Positions 27,229 through 37,295 of a stretch of 64,000 nucleotides of DNA are shown here, in pieces. The position numbers and the translations under genes are program-made. Position 1 is the stretch's first letter; every line of letters begins with the position of its first letter. The stretch lies in NCBI GenBank assembly GCA_045612065.1, contig JAZKYH010000022.1, positions 7,615-71,614 on the forward strand, in the 5' to 3' direction. The DNA is from Bacteroidaceae bacterium (GTDB lineage: Bacteria; Bacteroidota; Bacteroidia; Bacteroidales; Bacteroidaceae). The notes below the pieces were generated by a model. That model saw only the letters and a program-made list of their open reading frames with translations, had not been told where the DNA came from and searched no databases.

Positions 27229-28214
27229 TGAGCGCAGTTTTTTGATGTTTCAAAAGAGAAATAGGTGTTTTCCAGCATCAAGGATGAGAATTCCGCATAC
27301 CTAAAACCATCATTCACCTTCACATCTCTCATCAACTGCTTTAAAATATCCCATGCCGTCCGATACGAGCCCGTATAACGCTTGAAATACCTGAAACACG
27401 ACGGGCAACTAAGCCAACGTATCAAAAGGAACTGAAGCGCAGGATAGTACAGGCGAGCACAAACCAAGCGATTGTGATAATACATATACGCACGGCCTAA
27501 GCCACGAGAGTCATTCGTTTTTTTCTGGGAAGAACCAACCTTATGATATATCCTCGATTGCGGTACACACATCATCTTTACCCCCTCGCTCCTCATCCTC
27601 AAAGAGAACTCATAGTCCTCCTCTCCAAAGAAGAAGCCGTCATACAGAAGTTCAGATTGCTCATTCAGCAGAGACGGACGGAAGAACAAGGCACAACCCG
27701 AAATAAAGGATATCGGGTATGGAGTGCAGCCAACAGTTCCCGCCGGCTGCTCTGCATAGAGGTTTTTGCGTGAGCCGAAGGTCAACTGTCCTCCACTAAA
27801 CCACACCTTTTCCTTGTCATAATGATAGCAGATGCAAGGCGAAAGAGCCTTGACCTCTCTATTCTCTTCAGCAAAAGCAATCAGATGCTTCAAGAAATCG
27901 GGCTCCACCTCTGTATCATTGTTGAGCAGCATGCAATAATCCGGATTGCGCTGCATGGCTACAGCCACAGCCTTATTGTTACCTATAGCAAAGCCATAGT
28001 TTGCATCCAAAGGCAACAACTGATACCCCCTTACTGTCAGATTGCTCAGACTATGCTCATCAAGCCATGCTTGAATACGAAGGACAGAGTCATCCGATGA
28101 ATCATTATCGGCTATCACGACAAAGTGTGGATCTTCCACACGACTCAGAGACTCCAAGCAAGCTATCGTATCATCAGCCCCATTCCAATTAACAAGTATA
28201 ATAGCTGTCATCAT
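27225..28214 (-). CDS. glycosyltransferase family 2
   Basis: 329 aa. ...AIILVNWNGADDTIACLESL...ADNDSSDDS...NNDTEVE (DxD-like). Confidence 0.88.
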   Translation of the reverse strand: MMTAIILVNWNGADDTIACLESLSRVEDPHFVVIADNDSSDDSVLRIQAWLDEHSLSNLTVRGYQLLPLDANYGFAIGNNKAVAVAMQRNPDYCMLLNNDTEVEPDFLKHLIAFAEENREVKALSPCICYHYDKEKVWFSGGQLTFGSRKNLYAEQPAGTVGCTPYPISFISGCALFFRPSLLNEQSELLYDGFFFGEEDYEFSLRMRSEGVKMMCVPQSRIYHKVGSSQKKTNDSRGLGRAYMYYHNRLVCARLYYPALQFLLIRWLSCPSCFRYFKRYTGSYRTAWDILKQLMRDVKVNDGFRYAEFSSLMLENTYFSFETSKNCAQ

Positions 28215-28217
28215 ATA

Positions 28218-29468
28218 CTATATCGAATCTTTCTTTACCAACACCATCGATGATGCAACGTAAAGAAATATGGTTAATAAAGGTAGTTCTAAAATAATAA
28301 ATCCTGAAAAAAAGAAATCAAACCACCCCATAAAGAGCAAAGCACAATAAAAGAAATATATCGTATAGCAATACATGTTTTTATAACGTAGCATTGCTAT
28401 TTTTATCAGATAGACAGAAGTGCTGAGAAACAAGATATATAATGTGAATTCCACTAAATTAGAATTGATATATAAGGTTCCAAAAATGGTACGCACATTA
28501 GTGAGAGTTATACCCGTATTGTAGTACAGAGGATTTACAGGATATACCAGTTCACCATTTCCCGTGAGAGATCTAACCAAATTGACTATCTGTGCAATAA
28601 TATTCTCAAAACTACCCCAGGAGGCATCTGGCAAATTATTCTCCAGATCTACGCTCCAGCCCAATGTTCCACTAGTCAGATAATGAAAAAATCCACTAAA
28701 CACAAGTTCCATAAAACTTTCAGTGACCCCTCTATCATTTACGACAAGTATAGACAACGCATAAGACAAAAAAAAGACTAACATAGCCCCAAGCACTGTC
28801 CAAAGGAACAACTGAAAAGTTAGTTTCATCTTCTTCGTATACAATCTCATGAATACCGCTGCCAAAACTGGGATAATAACCCAACTCTTCACTTGGTTTA
28901 GAAGTCCAACAATGAGGAACACGATGATAATTGGCCAAAGCCACCAACGTTGTCTTGACACTGAATATAGGCACATTATCAACAAAGGGATAGTTAGTTG
29001 ACGTAGATGCCCCCACAATCCTCCTCCACTAAACTCTTCTCCAAACTCTTCAGAGCCTAAGGCCAGAGAAGGGTTACCCAACATTCCTCTAAGATGCCAT
29101 AGAAACAAAATTGAAAGAATTATTGACAATGCGACTAGAACCCGAGGGAATGTATCCTCAGAAACACCCATTCTCCCCTGATCTATACCTATTCCACTCT
29201 TACAGCATATATATCCTAATATCAAACTGGGAATCGCAAAAATCAACAAACTCACATTCCATAATAAGATACTAGGATAGTAGAACTCAACAAATCCCCA
29301 TTTATTTCCAGCCAACATTAAAGTAATTATCAATACGGCCAAGTAGGGAAACATCAGAAAATTCAGCGGAGTATATACAGTCCTCCACGTTTTCAATTCC
29401 AAAAAGCCAAAAAACAGAATCTCCAATACAATAGAGACTACGATAAGCGTATTTTGGAATGCACCCAT
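28218..29468 (-). CDS. putative O-antigen/capsule repeat-unit polymerase (Wzy-like)
   Basis: 416 aa, many TM segments, very AT-rich, and positioned between glycosyltransferases and wzz. No sequence motif recognised. Confidence 0.55.
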   Translation of the reverse strand: MGAFQNTLIVVSIVLEILFFGFLELKTWRTVYTPLNFLMFPYLAVLIITLMLAGNKWGFVEFYYPSILLWNVSLLIFAIPSLILGYICCKSGIGIDQGRMGVSEDTFPRVLVALSIILSILFLWHLRGMLGNPSLALGSEEFGEEFSGGGLWGHLRQLTIPLLIMCLYSVSRQRWWLWPIIIVFLIVGLLNQVKSWVIIPVLAAVFMRLYTKKMKLTFQLFLWTVLGAMLVFFLSYALSILVVNDRGVTESFMELVFSGFFHYLTSGTLGWSVDLENNLPDASWGSFENIIAQIVNLVRSLTGNGELVYPVNPLYYNTGITLTNVRTIFGTLYINSNLVEFTLYILFLSTSVYLIKIAMLRYKNMYCYTIYFFYCALLFMGWFDFFFSGFIILELPLLTIFLYVASSMVLVKKDSI

Positions 29469-29495
29469 AAGTAAAAAAGAAATGTAACTTCAAAA

Positions 29496-30578
29496 CTACT
29501 TCTTGGTAGCACGAGGAGAAATAATATACTCATCAATGAGTATCCAGGTTGCTGTTCCAAAGAAAGCCAAGAACACATAAAGCAACCCCATCATCATCTT
29601 CTTGGGAGAAGAAGCCTTGATAGGGACAATTGCAGGCTGCATCACCACACACACTGGAGTACTCTCAGCCACCTTAGCACGAGCCATTTCCAATTGTTGG
29701 GCTATCTGGTTGTATACATTAAATGCTAGTTCCCGTTCATTGGAAAGACGATCCTGCTCTATTTGGTACTGCATCTTCACCAGTCCCTGATGTCTATCGG
29801 CATATTCGGCATATTCTTGTTGCGCCTTATAATACTTCTCCTTCACCTCACTATAGAGTTGTTCTGTATACGCTAAATCTTTACGCGCTTTAGCTGAACG
29901 ATACTGCCCAATATATTCTTGCAGATTTTCAGAAACGACTGACACGACATAGGCTGCAACCTTAGCATCTTGCATTGTTGCATTCAATGTAATGACAGAG
30001 TTTCCTTTATCAACATTAATTGCTATTCTTTCATCCAAATCACTTACAGCCAAGAACTGACGACGAGACAGTACCATATTCTCATCCAAAGAGGGAGGAG
30101 TACTATCCAAAGAATCCTTACCTAACATACGACTCAGCAATTTCCCTGGAGCTTCCAAGATCTTAACCCACCAAGGTTCTTTCTGATGATTAACTAAATA
30201 ATCATAAAGAGTCGTTTGCAATTCACCATCATTGACTTCTATCTGCAGATTCAACAGTTCACAAAGGAATGGTGTAGAAGAGACTATTTGTGGATATAAT
30301 TCTGGATAAATAGCGTCTTCACTTCCAGATAAGCCACCAAGGTTGATTCCTGCCATCGAAGCCAACGCACTTACCCCTCCTGGCATATTCGAGGTTGATG
30401 AAGATTCTGGAGCCAAAACGACAGTCGATGTATATTGCTTAGGTATACTAAAAGCAACGATTATAGACAACACTCCACCAATAAAGCAATTGATGATAAA
30501 ACGCCTACGCTTACTCCATAACAACAGGATTATCTCTACTATATCAATATCTTTGCGCATATTCTGATTATTGTCCAT
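29496..30578 (-). CDS. wzz: chain-length determinant protein (Wzz/PCP, no kinase domain)
   Basis: 360 aa. N-terminal TM plus ...PKQYTSTVVLAPE..., a coiled-coil periplasmic region, and a C-terminal TM. Confidence 0.8.
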   Translation of the reverse strand: MDNNQNMRKDIDIVEIILLLWSKRRRFIINCFIGGVLSIIVAFSIPKQYTSTVVLAPESSSTSNMPGGVSALASMAGINLGGLSGSEDAIYPELYPQIVSSTPFLCELLNLQIEVNDGELQTTLYDYLVNHQKEPWWVKILEAPGKLLSRMLGKDSLDSTPPSLDENMVLSRRQFLAVSDLDERIAINVDKGNSVITLNATMQDAKVAAYVVSVVSENLQEYIGQYRSAKARKDLAYTEQLYSEVKEKYYKAQQEYAEYADRHQGLVKMQYQIEQDRLSNERELAFNVYNQIAQQLEMARAKVAESTPVCVVMQPAIVPIKASSPKKMMMGLLYVFLAFFGTATWILIDEYIISPRATKK

Positions 30579-30648
30579 GATATTACATTCTTAGTATATT
30601 TATCAACACAATTACCACCGATGCCTCTTTCAACAATGTCTGAAAGTC

Positions 30649-33129
30649 TTATTTAAACACATTGATTAATGCCAACACTACGGTAGCCAACGAAGCTGCG
30701 GAAGAACTTAAGCCTAGAACTTCATTCGGGCTCATTTTTCGCCTTTCCTCTTTAGTTGGCACTACAATTTCGCAACCAGGCTCCACCGCAGAGCGACTGG
30801 TCTTACGCGGTTTGCTCACCATACCGTTCATATATACGACATACACATTCTTCTTGCCTGCATTCATATTATATCCACCGGCCTGATTAAGATAGTACTT
30901 CAAGTTCTTTCCTTTCTTGTAAGCTACCGTGTTGGCATACATCACATCACCACTCACTTTTACCGTGTTTGAATATTGCGGCACAATCAGCAGGTCACCA
31001 TTCCTCAACACCACATCGGCATCCGTTCCCGGTTCCTCCAATGCTTTGTCAAGTTCTATACCCACAGAGTATGTCGTTTGGTTCATCATTCTACGGCGTA
31101 TAGCCACCGAGTCACTCTTATTCTCAGCCATCTGAATAGCAGCCTCAATCGTAGACTGCAACTGCAAAATCTCCTCCGCAGTCATCTTACGCTCCAAGCG
31201 TGCACCCTTGACATTTGCTTGTGGCGTCAGACCTCCAGCGTTAGCCACAAGTTCACTCAGTCGCTGGTTCTTCATGGAAAGTGCATAAGTACCACCATAC
31301 AAGACCTCACCTTCAACGGTCACATTCTCCTGCTTGTAATAGCTGGGGCTCTTACGCACATACACTTCATCGAATGGCAGCAGCGTAAAGTTCGGATTCC
31401 CCTCCACCACCAGTCCATCACTGATCGAGAACGAGTAGTTATACGATATGGTATCACTCGGCGACGTAGCACTTGGATTCTTCACACGGCGTGCCACATC
31501 GACCTTAGCCGTAGATGCCGCTTCGGTCAGGCCACCAGCCTGCATGATGAAGTCCTCAATTGACATATTCTCCACATACTCGTATGTACCAGGAAAGGCC
31601 ACTTCACCAAAGATTGCTACAACCTGAAGCTCCTGCATCTCTGAGATACTGGATATCAGCAGTACATCATTTTTGCGCAAAGCGATGTCTTCGCATGCAC
31701 CATTCATCAGCTTCTCCAAGTTGATGGACAAGTTCTCCATCACATTGTTCACTTTGCGACGATTCAGTATGGCACGATTCATGAAGGCATCATCCTTCAA
31801 TCCTCCAGCACATTCAATCAACTGTCTCACTGTGTTCACACGTCCTCCCATCTGGAACTGTCCAGGGCGGTATACCGCACCTTTTACCTCCACCATATTG
31901 GAGAAAGTGGGCATGATTGAATCCACCGATATCGAGTCACCATCAATCAGCATAAAGCTTTGCTGTTCAGTAGCATCAAGTGTATAAATCTCATGTTCAC
32001 GTTTACCCTTTCGTATCAAACGGACATCCTCTTTATAAGCATTTCCCGCAAACCCTCCAGAATACTTCAATAGTTGAGCTACCGTTTCTGTACTCAACAT
32101 TTCATAATACATCGGACGTTTCACATGTCCCGTCACCGCTATCAGATTCTTGTAGGCATCTACTGTCACGACATCATTATCCTCCAATCTGATACCAGTG
32201 TTAGAATTTCCATTAAGAATAAAATCGTACACATCGTAAGTCGAGACCAACTTGTCATTGCGAAATACCTTCACCTCACGTAACGTACCATATTCGCTCA
32301 CGCCACCAGCTTGATACAATGCATTAAAAATCGTAGAGAACGAAGACATGGTATACGTACCGGGGGTCTCCACCTCACCCATCACATGCACCTGGATAGT
32401 ACGGTTCTGTGCCAGGGTCAGACGGATATCCGAGTTGGGCACCTCACCATCCACGCCTGCAATTTTTCCAAACTGTCGTTTCAGGTAATCGTTGGCCTGG
32501 GTCACGGTGAGTCCGCTCAAGTGCACGGGACCAAGGCTCTCGATATAGATATTACCATCGGGCGAGATAACCTCCTGGATCGAATATTCCGAAGCGCCCC
32601 ACACGTCAATGGCCACCTCATCGCCAGGTCCCAGCTTGTAGTTCGGAGGAGTAGGCAGATTATAGGCCGCCTCGAAAGCCACCTCCTTGTTCTGGAATAT
32701 GCGATGACCGAAGATCTCCTTTCCCTCTTTTCCCACATACATCATCGTAGAGTCTGAGAAAAGGAACCCTATACCATTCATCATCGTATGCTCCATGGAG
32801 GCCACATCTTTCTTTCCTTGCAGCTCCACCGCCCCATTCTCATGAGAGGCCGTACGCATACGTGACTTTTCATCCAGCGTCCTTCCTACACCCGACTTCT
32901 CCTGGGAGTTCATCTTGCGCTTGATACGATTAATCTGGTCCATCGTCACGCCACGACGCAAGAGTTCCGCGGCTATCTGCTGCTGACTGCTACCCTTTTC
33001 TTGGGCAGTCATCACATACTCCACCACTTGGTCATCGTTCATCTGTTGGGCAAATATCCCTCCGCTGCCAAGAATAAATACAAAGAACAATAAAAATCTA
33101 TTCAAATTTTTCATCTTCATTATCTTCAA
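30649..33129 (-). CDS. polysaccharide export outer-membrane protein (Wza-like, multiple SLBB domains)
   Basis: 826 aa with a signal peptide. Poly_export-like region (...KLGPGDEVAIDVWG...) and repeated SLBB-type V.V.G.V..PG.Y modules. Confidence 0.85.
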   Translation of the reverse strand: MKIMKMKNLNRFLLFFVFILGSGGIFAQQMNDDQVVEYVMTAQEKGSSQQQIAAELLRRGVTMDQINRIKRKMNSQEKSGVGRTLDEKSRMRTASHENGAVELQGKKDVASMEHTMMNGIGFLFSDSTMMYVGKEGKEIFGHRIFQNKEVAFEAAYNLPTPPNYKLGPGDEVAIDVWGASEYSIQEVISPDGNIYIESLGPVHLSGLTVTQANDYLKRQFGKIAGVDGEVPNSDIRLTLAQNRTIQVHVMGEVETPGTYTMSSFSTIFNALYQAGGVSEYGTLREVKVFRNDKLVSTYDVYDFILNGNSNTGIRLEDNDVVTVDAYKNLIAVTGHVKRPMYYEMLSTETVAQLLKYSGGFAGNAYKEDVRLIRKGKREHEIYTLDATEQQSFMLIDGDSISVDSIMPTFSNMVEVKGAVYRPGQFQMGGRVNTVRQLIECAGGLKDDAFMNRAILNRRKVNNVMENLSINLEKLMNGACEDIALRKNDVLLISSISEMQELQVVAIFGEVAFPGTYEYVENMSIEDFIMQAGGLTEAASTAKVDVARRVKNPSATSPSDTISYNYSFSISDGLVVEGNPNFTLLPFDEVYVRKSPSYYKQENVTVEGEVLYGGTYALSMKNQRLSELVANAGGLTPQANVKGARLERKMTAEEILQLQSTIEAAIQMAENKSDSVAIRRRMMNQTTYSVGIELDKALEEPGTDADVVLRNGDLLIVPQYSNTVKVSGDVMYANTVAYKKGKNLKYYLNQAGGYNMNAGKKNVYVVYMNGMVSKPRKTSRSAVEPGCEIVVPTKEERRKMSPNEVLGLSSSAASLATVVLALINVFK

Positions 33130-33782
33130 AATTTCTTACCGCTAATTATTAGTAATGCTGTTTTAAGTATAATTTTAATATCCACCCAAAGTGTACGTGT
33201 TGTCAAGTACTCTAAATCCATTTCCAAACGGTTCACCATCTTCTCCATCGTATCAGTGTAACCATTGTAAAGTGTGGCATTAGAGGTTAATCCTGGACGC
33301 ATCTTATAAATATGTACATACTGCGGAGCCACCTTCATTATCTCATCAATAAAGACCTTACGTTCAGGACGTGGTCCCACAAGCGACATATCGCCCACCA
33401 GCACGTTAAATAACTGAGGAAGTTCATCAAGATGATGCTCGCAGAGGAAACGTCCTAACGTTGTCATCTGACCTTTACGCTCCTCCTCCGTACGTAAAAT
33501 GCCATTCTTCTCAGCATCTACATTCATTGTTCTGAATTTGTATATCTTGAAAGGTCTCCCTTTATGACCAATACGTTCCTGACTATATATCGCTCTTCCG
33601 TCAGTACACAAAATCACCACGTATACAACCAACAATATAGGAGAAAGGAAGACTATGCCAAGAAAAGACGCGATAATATCTATCACTCTTTTTATCGCCC
33701 GTTCCCAAGCGGTCATCGCGTCATTGCACTCCGCCAAATCAACAGCATTACAAGATTGCATGTTTCCTTTTTTCATAAACAA
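33126..33782 (-). CDS. small bacterial sugar transferase (polyprenyl-phosphate glycosyl-1-phosphate transferase, PglC/WbaP C-terminal type)
   Basis: 218 aa. ...KRVIDIIASFLGIVFLSPILL...ERIGHKGRPFKIYKFRTM...DELPQLFNVLVGDMSLVGPRP.... Confidence 0.9.
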   Translation of the reverse strand: MFMKKGNMQSCNAVDLAECNDAMTAWERAIKRVIDIIASFLGIVFLSPILLVVYVVILCTDGRAIYSQERIGHKGRPFKIYKFRTMNVDAEKNGILRTEEERKGQMTTLGRFLCEHHLDELPQLFNVLVGDMSLVGPRPERKVFIDEIMKVAPQYVHIYKMRPGLTSNATLYNGYTDTMEKMVNRLEMDLEYLTTRTLWVDIKIILKTALLIISGKKF

Positions 33783-33905
33783 TGCTAAAGTTGCACTCCA
33801 ATATATTACGATAACGCAGAGTTTCTCTTATTATTATCAAAACACTCTTTTTATAATTATTTTGCAAAGATACGATATTTTACATTGACTACAATGAAAA
33901 AATAT

Positions 33906-33913
33906 TATCTTTG
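33906..33913 (+). promoter_or_regulatory. -7 box TATCTTTG upstream of fabD, with a mirror-image CAAAGATA at 33865-33872 for the divergent capsule operon
   Basis: Exact TAnnTTTG matches on both strands in the divergent intergenic region. Confidence 0.45.
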
Positions 33914-33991
33914 CGTTCAAATCCACGTTAGCAGTGTAGAACATACAATTATCATCATTACGTAAACAACAGAAAAAGAAGAACCTAAATT

Positions 33992-34852
33992 ATGAAAGCA
34001 TTTGTTTTCCCCGGTCAGGGAGCCCAGTTCTCAGGAATGGGCAAAGACCTTTACGAGACCTCCCCTTTAGCGAAGGAACTTTTTGAGAAAGCCAACGAAA
34101 TTCTCGGCTTTCGCATCACCGATATCATGTTTGCAGGCACCGACGAAGAGCTTCGCCAGACCAAGGTGACCCAGCCCGCCGTGTTCCTCCATTCAGTCAT
34201 CACCGCCCTCTGCATGGGCGACGACTTCTGTCCCGACATGGTTGCCGGCCACTCCCTGGGCGAGTTCTCGGCCATGGTAGCCAGTGGCGCCCTCACCTTC
34301 GAGGATGGACTCAAGCTCGTCTATGCCCGCGCCATGGCTATGCAGAAAGCCTGCGAACTACAATCGTCCACTATGGCAGCTATCATTGGTTTACCTGACG
34401 ACACTATCGAAAACATATGCAAGGAGGTTAACGATAATGGACACATTGTAGTAGCCGCCAACTATAACTGCCCGGGACAAGTTGTTATCTCAGGAAGCAT
34501 CGAAGGCATCAAATTTGCTTGCGAGAAGCTAACTGAGGCCGGAGCTAAGCGTGCACTTCCCTTGAGTGTCAGCGGAGCTTTCCATTCTCCACTGATGAAT
34601 CCCGCCAAGGAGGAACTCTCTGCAGCCATTGAAGCTACTGAATTCTACATTCCCAAATGTCCAATATACCAAAACGTAGATGCCCTACCCCACACTAATC
34701 CAGAAGAAATAAAAGCTAACCTCATAGCCCAACTCACCTCACCCGTCCGTTGGACTCAGAGCATACTCAATATGATTGCCAATGGTGCCAATGAGTTCAC
34801 CGAATGCGGACCTGGCAACGTATTGACGGGCTTGATTCGAAAAATAAAGTAA
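33992..34852 (+). CDS. fabD: malonyl-CoA:ACP transacylase
   Basis: 286 aa. MKAFVFPGQGAQ..., active-site GHSLGEFSA, and ...SGAFHSPLM.... Confidence 0.95.
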   Translation: MKAFVFPGQGAQFSGMGKDLYETSPLAKELFEKANEILGFRITDIMFAGTDEELRQTKVTQPAVFLHSVITALCMGDDFCPDMVAGHSLGEFSAMVASGALTFEDGLKLVYARAMAMQKACELQSSTMAAIIGLPDDTIENICKEVNDNGHIVVAANYNCPGQVVISGSIEGIKFACEKLTEAGAKRALPLSVSGAFHSPLMNPAKEELSAAIEATEFYIPKCPIYQNVDALPHTNPEEIKANLIAQLTSPVRWTQSILNMIANGANEFTECGPGNVLTGLIRKIK

Positions 34853-34862
34853 ATAGAATTAT

Positions 34863-36551
34863 ATGTCAAAAATCATCCTTTATCAGATTTTCACTCGCCT
34901 TTTTGGCAACGAGAACACTCAATGTATACCAGACGGCAGCATCGAGCAGAATGGCTGCGGTAAGCTTGCCAACTTCACCCCCGAAGCTCTCGCTGCCATC
35001 AAGAAGTTGGGTACTACCCACGTGTGGTATACTGGAGTCATCGAGCACGCCACACAAACCGACTACAGCCAGCAGGGTATCCGCCCTGACCACAAGGCTA
35101 CGGTCAAGGGCAAGGCTGGCTCTCCCTATGCCATCAAGGATTATTACGATATAGATCCCGACTTAGCAACGAATATACCCAATCGCATGAAGGAGTTCAC
35201 CCAATTGGTGAAGCGCACCCACGATGCGGGTCTGAAGATGATTATTGACTTCGTGCCCAACCATGTAGCACGTTGCTATCACTCTGATGCCAAGCCCAAA
35301 AGCGTCGTTGACCTCGGCGAAAAGGATGACACAAGCCTCTTCTTCTCTCCAAAGAACAATTTTTACTATCTTCCCGGTACCACGCTCAGTGGTGAGGTAG
35401 ACTGGCAAGACTATACAGAAATCCCTGCCCGCGCCACAGGCAACAACCGTTTCGATGCCTATCCTTCACGCAACGACTGGTATGAGACCGTAAAGCTCAA
35501 CTATGGCGTCAACTATCTTGAGGGTGAGCGTACCGATTTCTACCCCTTCCCCTCTACCTGGCTCAAGATGCGCGACATCCTGCTCTTTTGGGCCAAGAAG
35601 GGCGTCGACGGTTTCCGCTGCGACATGGCAGAGATGGTCCCCTTCCAATTTTGGGGATGGGTAATCCCTATTGTAAAGGAGAAGTTCCCTCACATCATAT
35701 TTATTGCCGAGGTATACAACACATGGGAATACTACAACTACGTGAAGCATGGCAAGTTTGACTACCTCTACGACAAGGTAGGTCTTTACGACACACTCAT
35801 CGGCATCATCCGCCACCAGCAATCGGCTACCGACATCACTCGTACCTGGCAGAACCTTGGCGAACTGCGCGAGCATATGCTCCACTTCATGGAGAATCAC
35901 GATGAGCAGCGCCTCGCCTCCGACTTCATCGTGGGCCATGGACGCCCTGCCTTACCCGCCATGCTCGTAAGTGCCACCATCGACACTTGCCCCACCATGG
36001 TCTATTTCGGTCAAGAGTTAGGCGAACGCGGCATGGACGAAGAGGGCTTCAGCGGACGTGACGGACGCACCACCATCTTCGACTATTGGAGTGTTGACAC
36101 CTTGCGTCGTTGGTATGATGGAGGAACCTTCTCTGGCAAACACCTCAACGAAGGTGAGCGCTGTCTGCAAGACTACTACAGCCGCTTGCTCCACATCGCA
36201 CGAGATGAGAAAGCTATCAATGAAGGCAGTTTCTTCGACCTTATGTATGTGAATCCTCACACTGAAGATTTTAATCCCCACCGCCAGTATGCCTTCTTGC
36301 GTAAGCATGAGAATGAATTATTGTTCATTGTGGCTAACTTTGACGAATGGGATACACAGGTAGCTGTAAATATTCCTGTTGATGCTTTTAACTATTTCGA
36401 GTTGGCAACCATCGACAGCATTGAAGCTACCGAGTTGCTGAGTGGAGAGTCTCTTGAATTGTCACTTACACCCGATGCTCCTGTTCGCCTCACTCTACCC
36501 GGCCACTCAGGTGTCATTGTAAAATTCACACTCCCCGAAAGCAAGAAGTAA
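34863..36551 (+). CDS. GH13 alpha-amylase-family glycoside hydrolase
   Basis: 562 aa. Conserved regions IDFVPNHVA, GFRCDMAEMV, AEVY and FMENHDEQR. Confidence 0.88.
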   Translation: MSKIILYQIFTRLFGNENTQCIPDGSIEQNGCGKLANFTPEALAAIKKLGTTHVWYTGVIEHATQTDYSQQGIRPDHKATVKGKAGSPYAIKDYYDIDPDLATNIPNRMKEFTQLVKRTHDAGLKMIIDFVPNHVARCYHSDAKPKSVVDLGEKDDTSLFFSPKNNFYYLPGTTLSGEVDWQDYTEIPARATGNNRFDAYPSRNDWYETVKLNYGVNYLEGERTDFYPFPSTWLKMRDILLFWAKKGVDGFRCDMAEMVPFQFWGWVIPIVKEKFPHIIFIAEVYNTWEYYNYVKHGKFDYLYDKVGLYDTLIGIIRHQQSATDITRTWQNLGELREHMLHFMENHDEQRLASDFIVGHGRPALPAMLVSATIDTCPTMVYFGQELGERGMDEEGFSGRDGRTTIFDYWSVDTLRRWYDGGTFSGKHLNEGERCLQDYYSRLLHIARDEKAINEGSFFDLMYVNPHTEDFNPHRQYAFLRKHENELLFIVANFDEWDTQVAVNIPVDAFNYFELATIDSIEATELLSGESLELSLTPDAPVRLTLPGHSGVIVKFTLPESKK

Positions 36552-36555
36552 TCCT

Positions 36556-37023
36556 ATGGAAGAGACACCCATCCTCAACGAGCACAACAAAGCCGAGTTT
36601 CCTCCGGCTCATTCGGCGGAACACATACTCAACCAGACTATGGTACGTATGTTCGGTTGCTCGCGCTCGCGCGTGAACCATATAGAAAGGAAGAAGAGCA
36701 AGTGTAACTACGAACTCTCCACCTGCCCCACCGAAGAGCAGATACAAGAGGTTGAGGCCACTGTAAACCGTATCATTGCAGCCGACATGGAGATTACCGA
36801 GCGATATGTCAGCCGTGCAGAAGTGCCCGCAGAAATTGATCTCAGCAAACTTCCTGCCGATGCCAGCGAAACATTGCGTCTCGTCTATGTGGGCGACTAC
36901 GATGTATGTCCTTGCCTCGGAGCACACGTAAAACGCACGAGCGAGATTGGCAGCTTCCGTATCAGCAGCACCAGCTACAATGAAGGTAACTTCCGCATCG
37001 TATTCCGCGTGTCTGCACAATAA
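36556..37023 (+). CDS. AlaX-type alanyl-tRNA editing protein
   Basis: 155 aa. HSAEH (HxxxH) and CPCLGAH (CxxxH) zinc motifs of the Thr/Ala-tRNA synthetase second additional domain. Confidence 0.8.
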   Translation: MEETPILNEHNKAEFPPAHSAEHILNQTMVRMFGCSRSRVNHIERKKSKCNYELSTCPTEEQIQEVEATVNRIIAADMEITERYVSRAEVPAEIDLSKLPADASETLRLVYVGDYDVCPCLGAHVKRTSEIGSFRISSTSYNEGNFRIVFRVSAQ

Positions 37024-37158
37024 ATACCTATGTTTGCACAAAGGGCGAAATTTTTCTTCCCTTACAATAAACCTTTTTCACAAGAGAACGTTATATAGGT
37101 AGAGCAACAGCAAAAGCTGCTACCTTAATAACTTTTTCTTAATCATCCAATCTATCGG

Positions 37159-37193
37159 ACTACTCCTCTTAGTGATAAGGGGAGTAGTTTTTT
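37159..37193 (+). terminator. stem-loop plus T-run downstream of the alaX-like gene
   Basis: ACTACTCCTC ttagtgataa GGGGAGTAGT followed by TTTTT. Confidence 0.6.
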
Positions 37194-37295
37194 ATTCTTA
37201 AAGAACGATAAAGCACCTCGCGTCCAATAAACAATTTGATGCCTTGATTCATTATAACTGAACTTTTTTATTTAACCCTTAAAATTACAAGAATT

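Noticed and set aside
33863-33914. Inverted repeat GCAAAGATAnnATATTTT ... AAAATATnnTATCTTTGC, considered as the boundaries of an invertible (phase-variable) capsule promoter.
   Set aside because: The arms are only about 12 bp apart and are simply the two divergent TAnnTTTG -7 boxes. No invertible segment lies between them and no recombinase gene is nearby.
33905-33935. GTTCAAATCC, a T-loop-like motif suggesting a tRNA.
   Set aside because: No acceptor stem, D-arm or anticodon arm can be drawn around it. It sits in the fabD promoter region.
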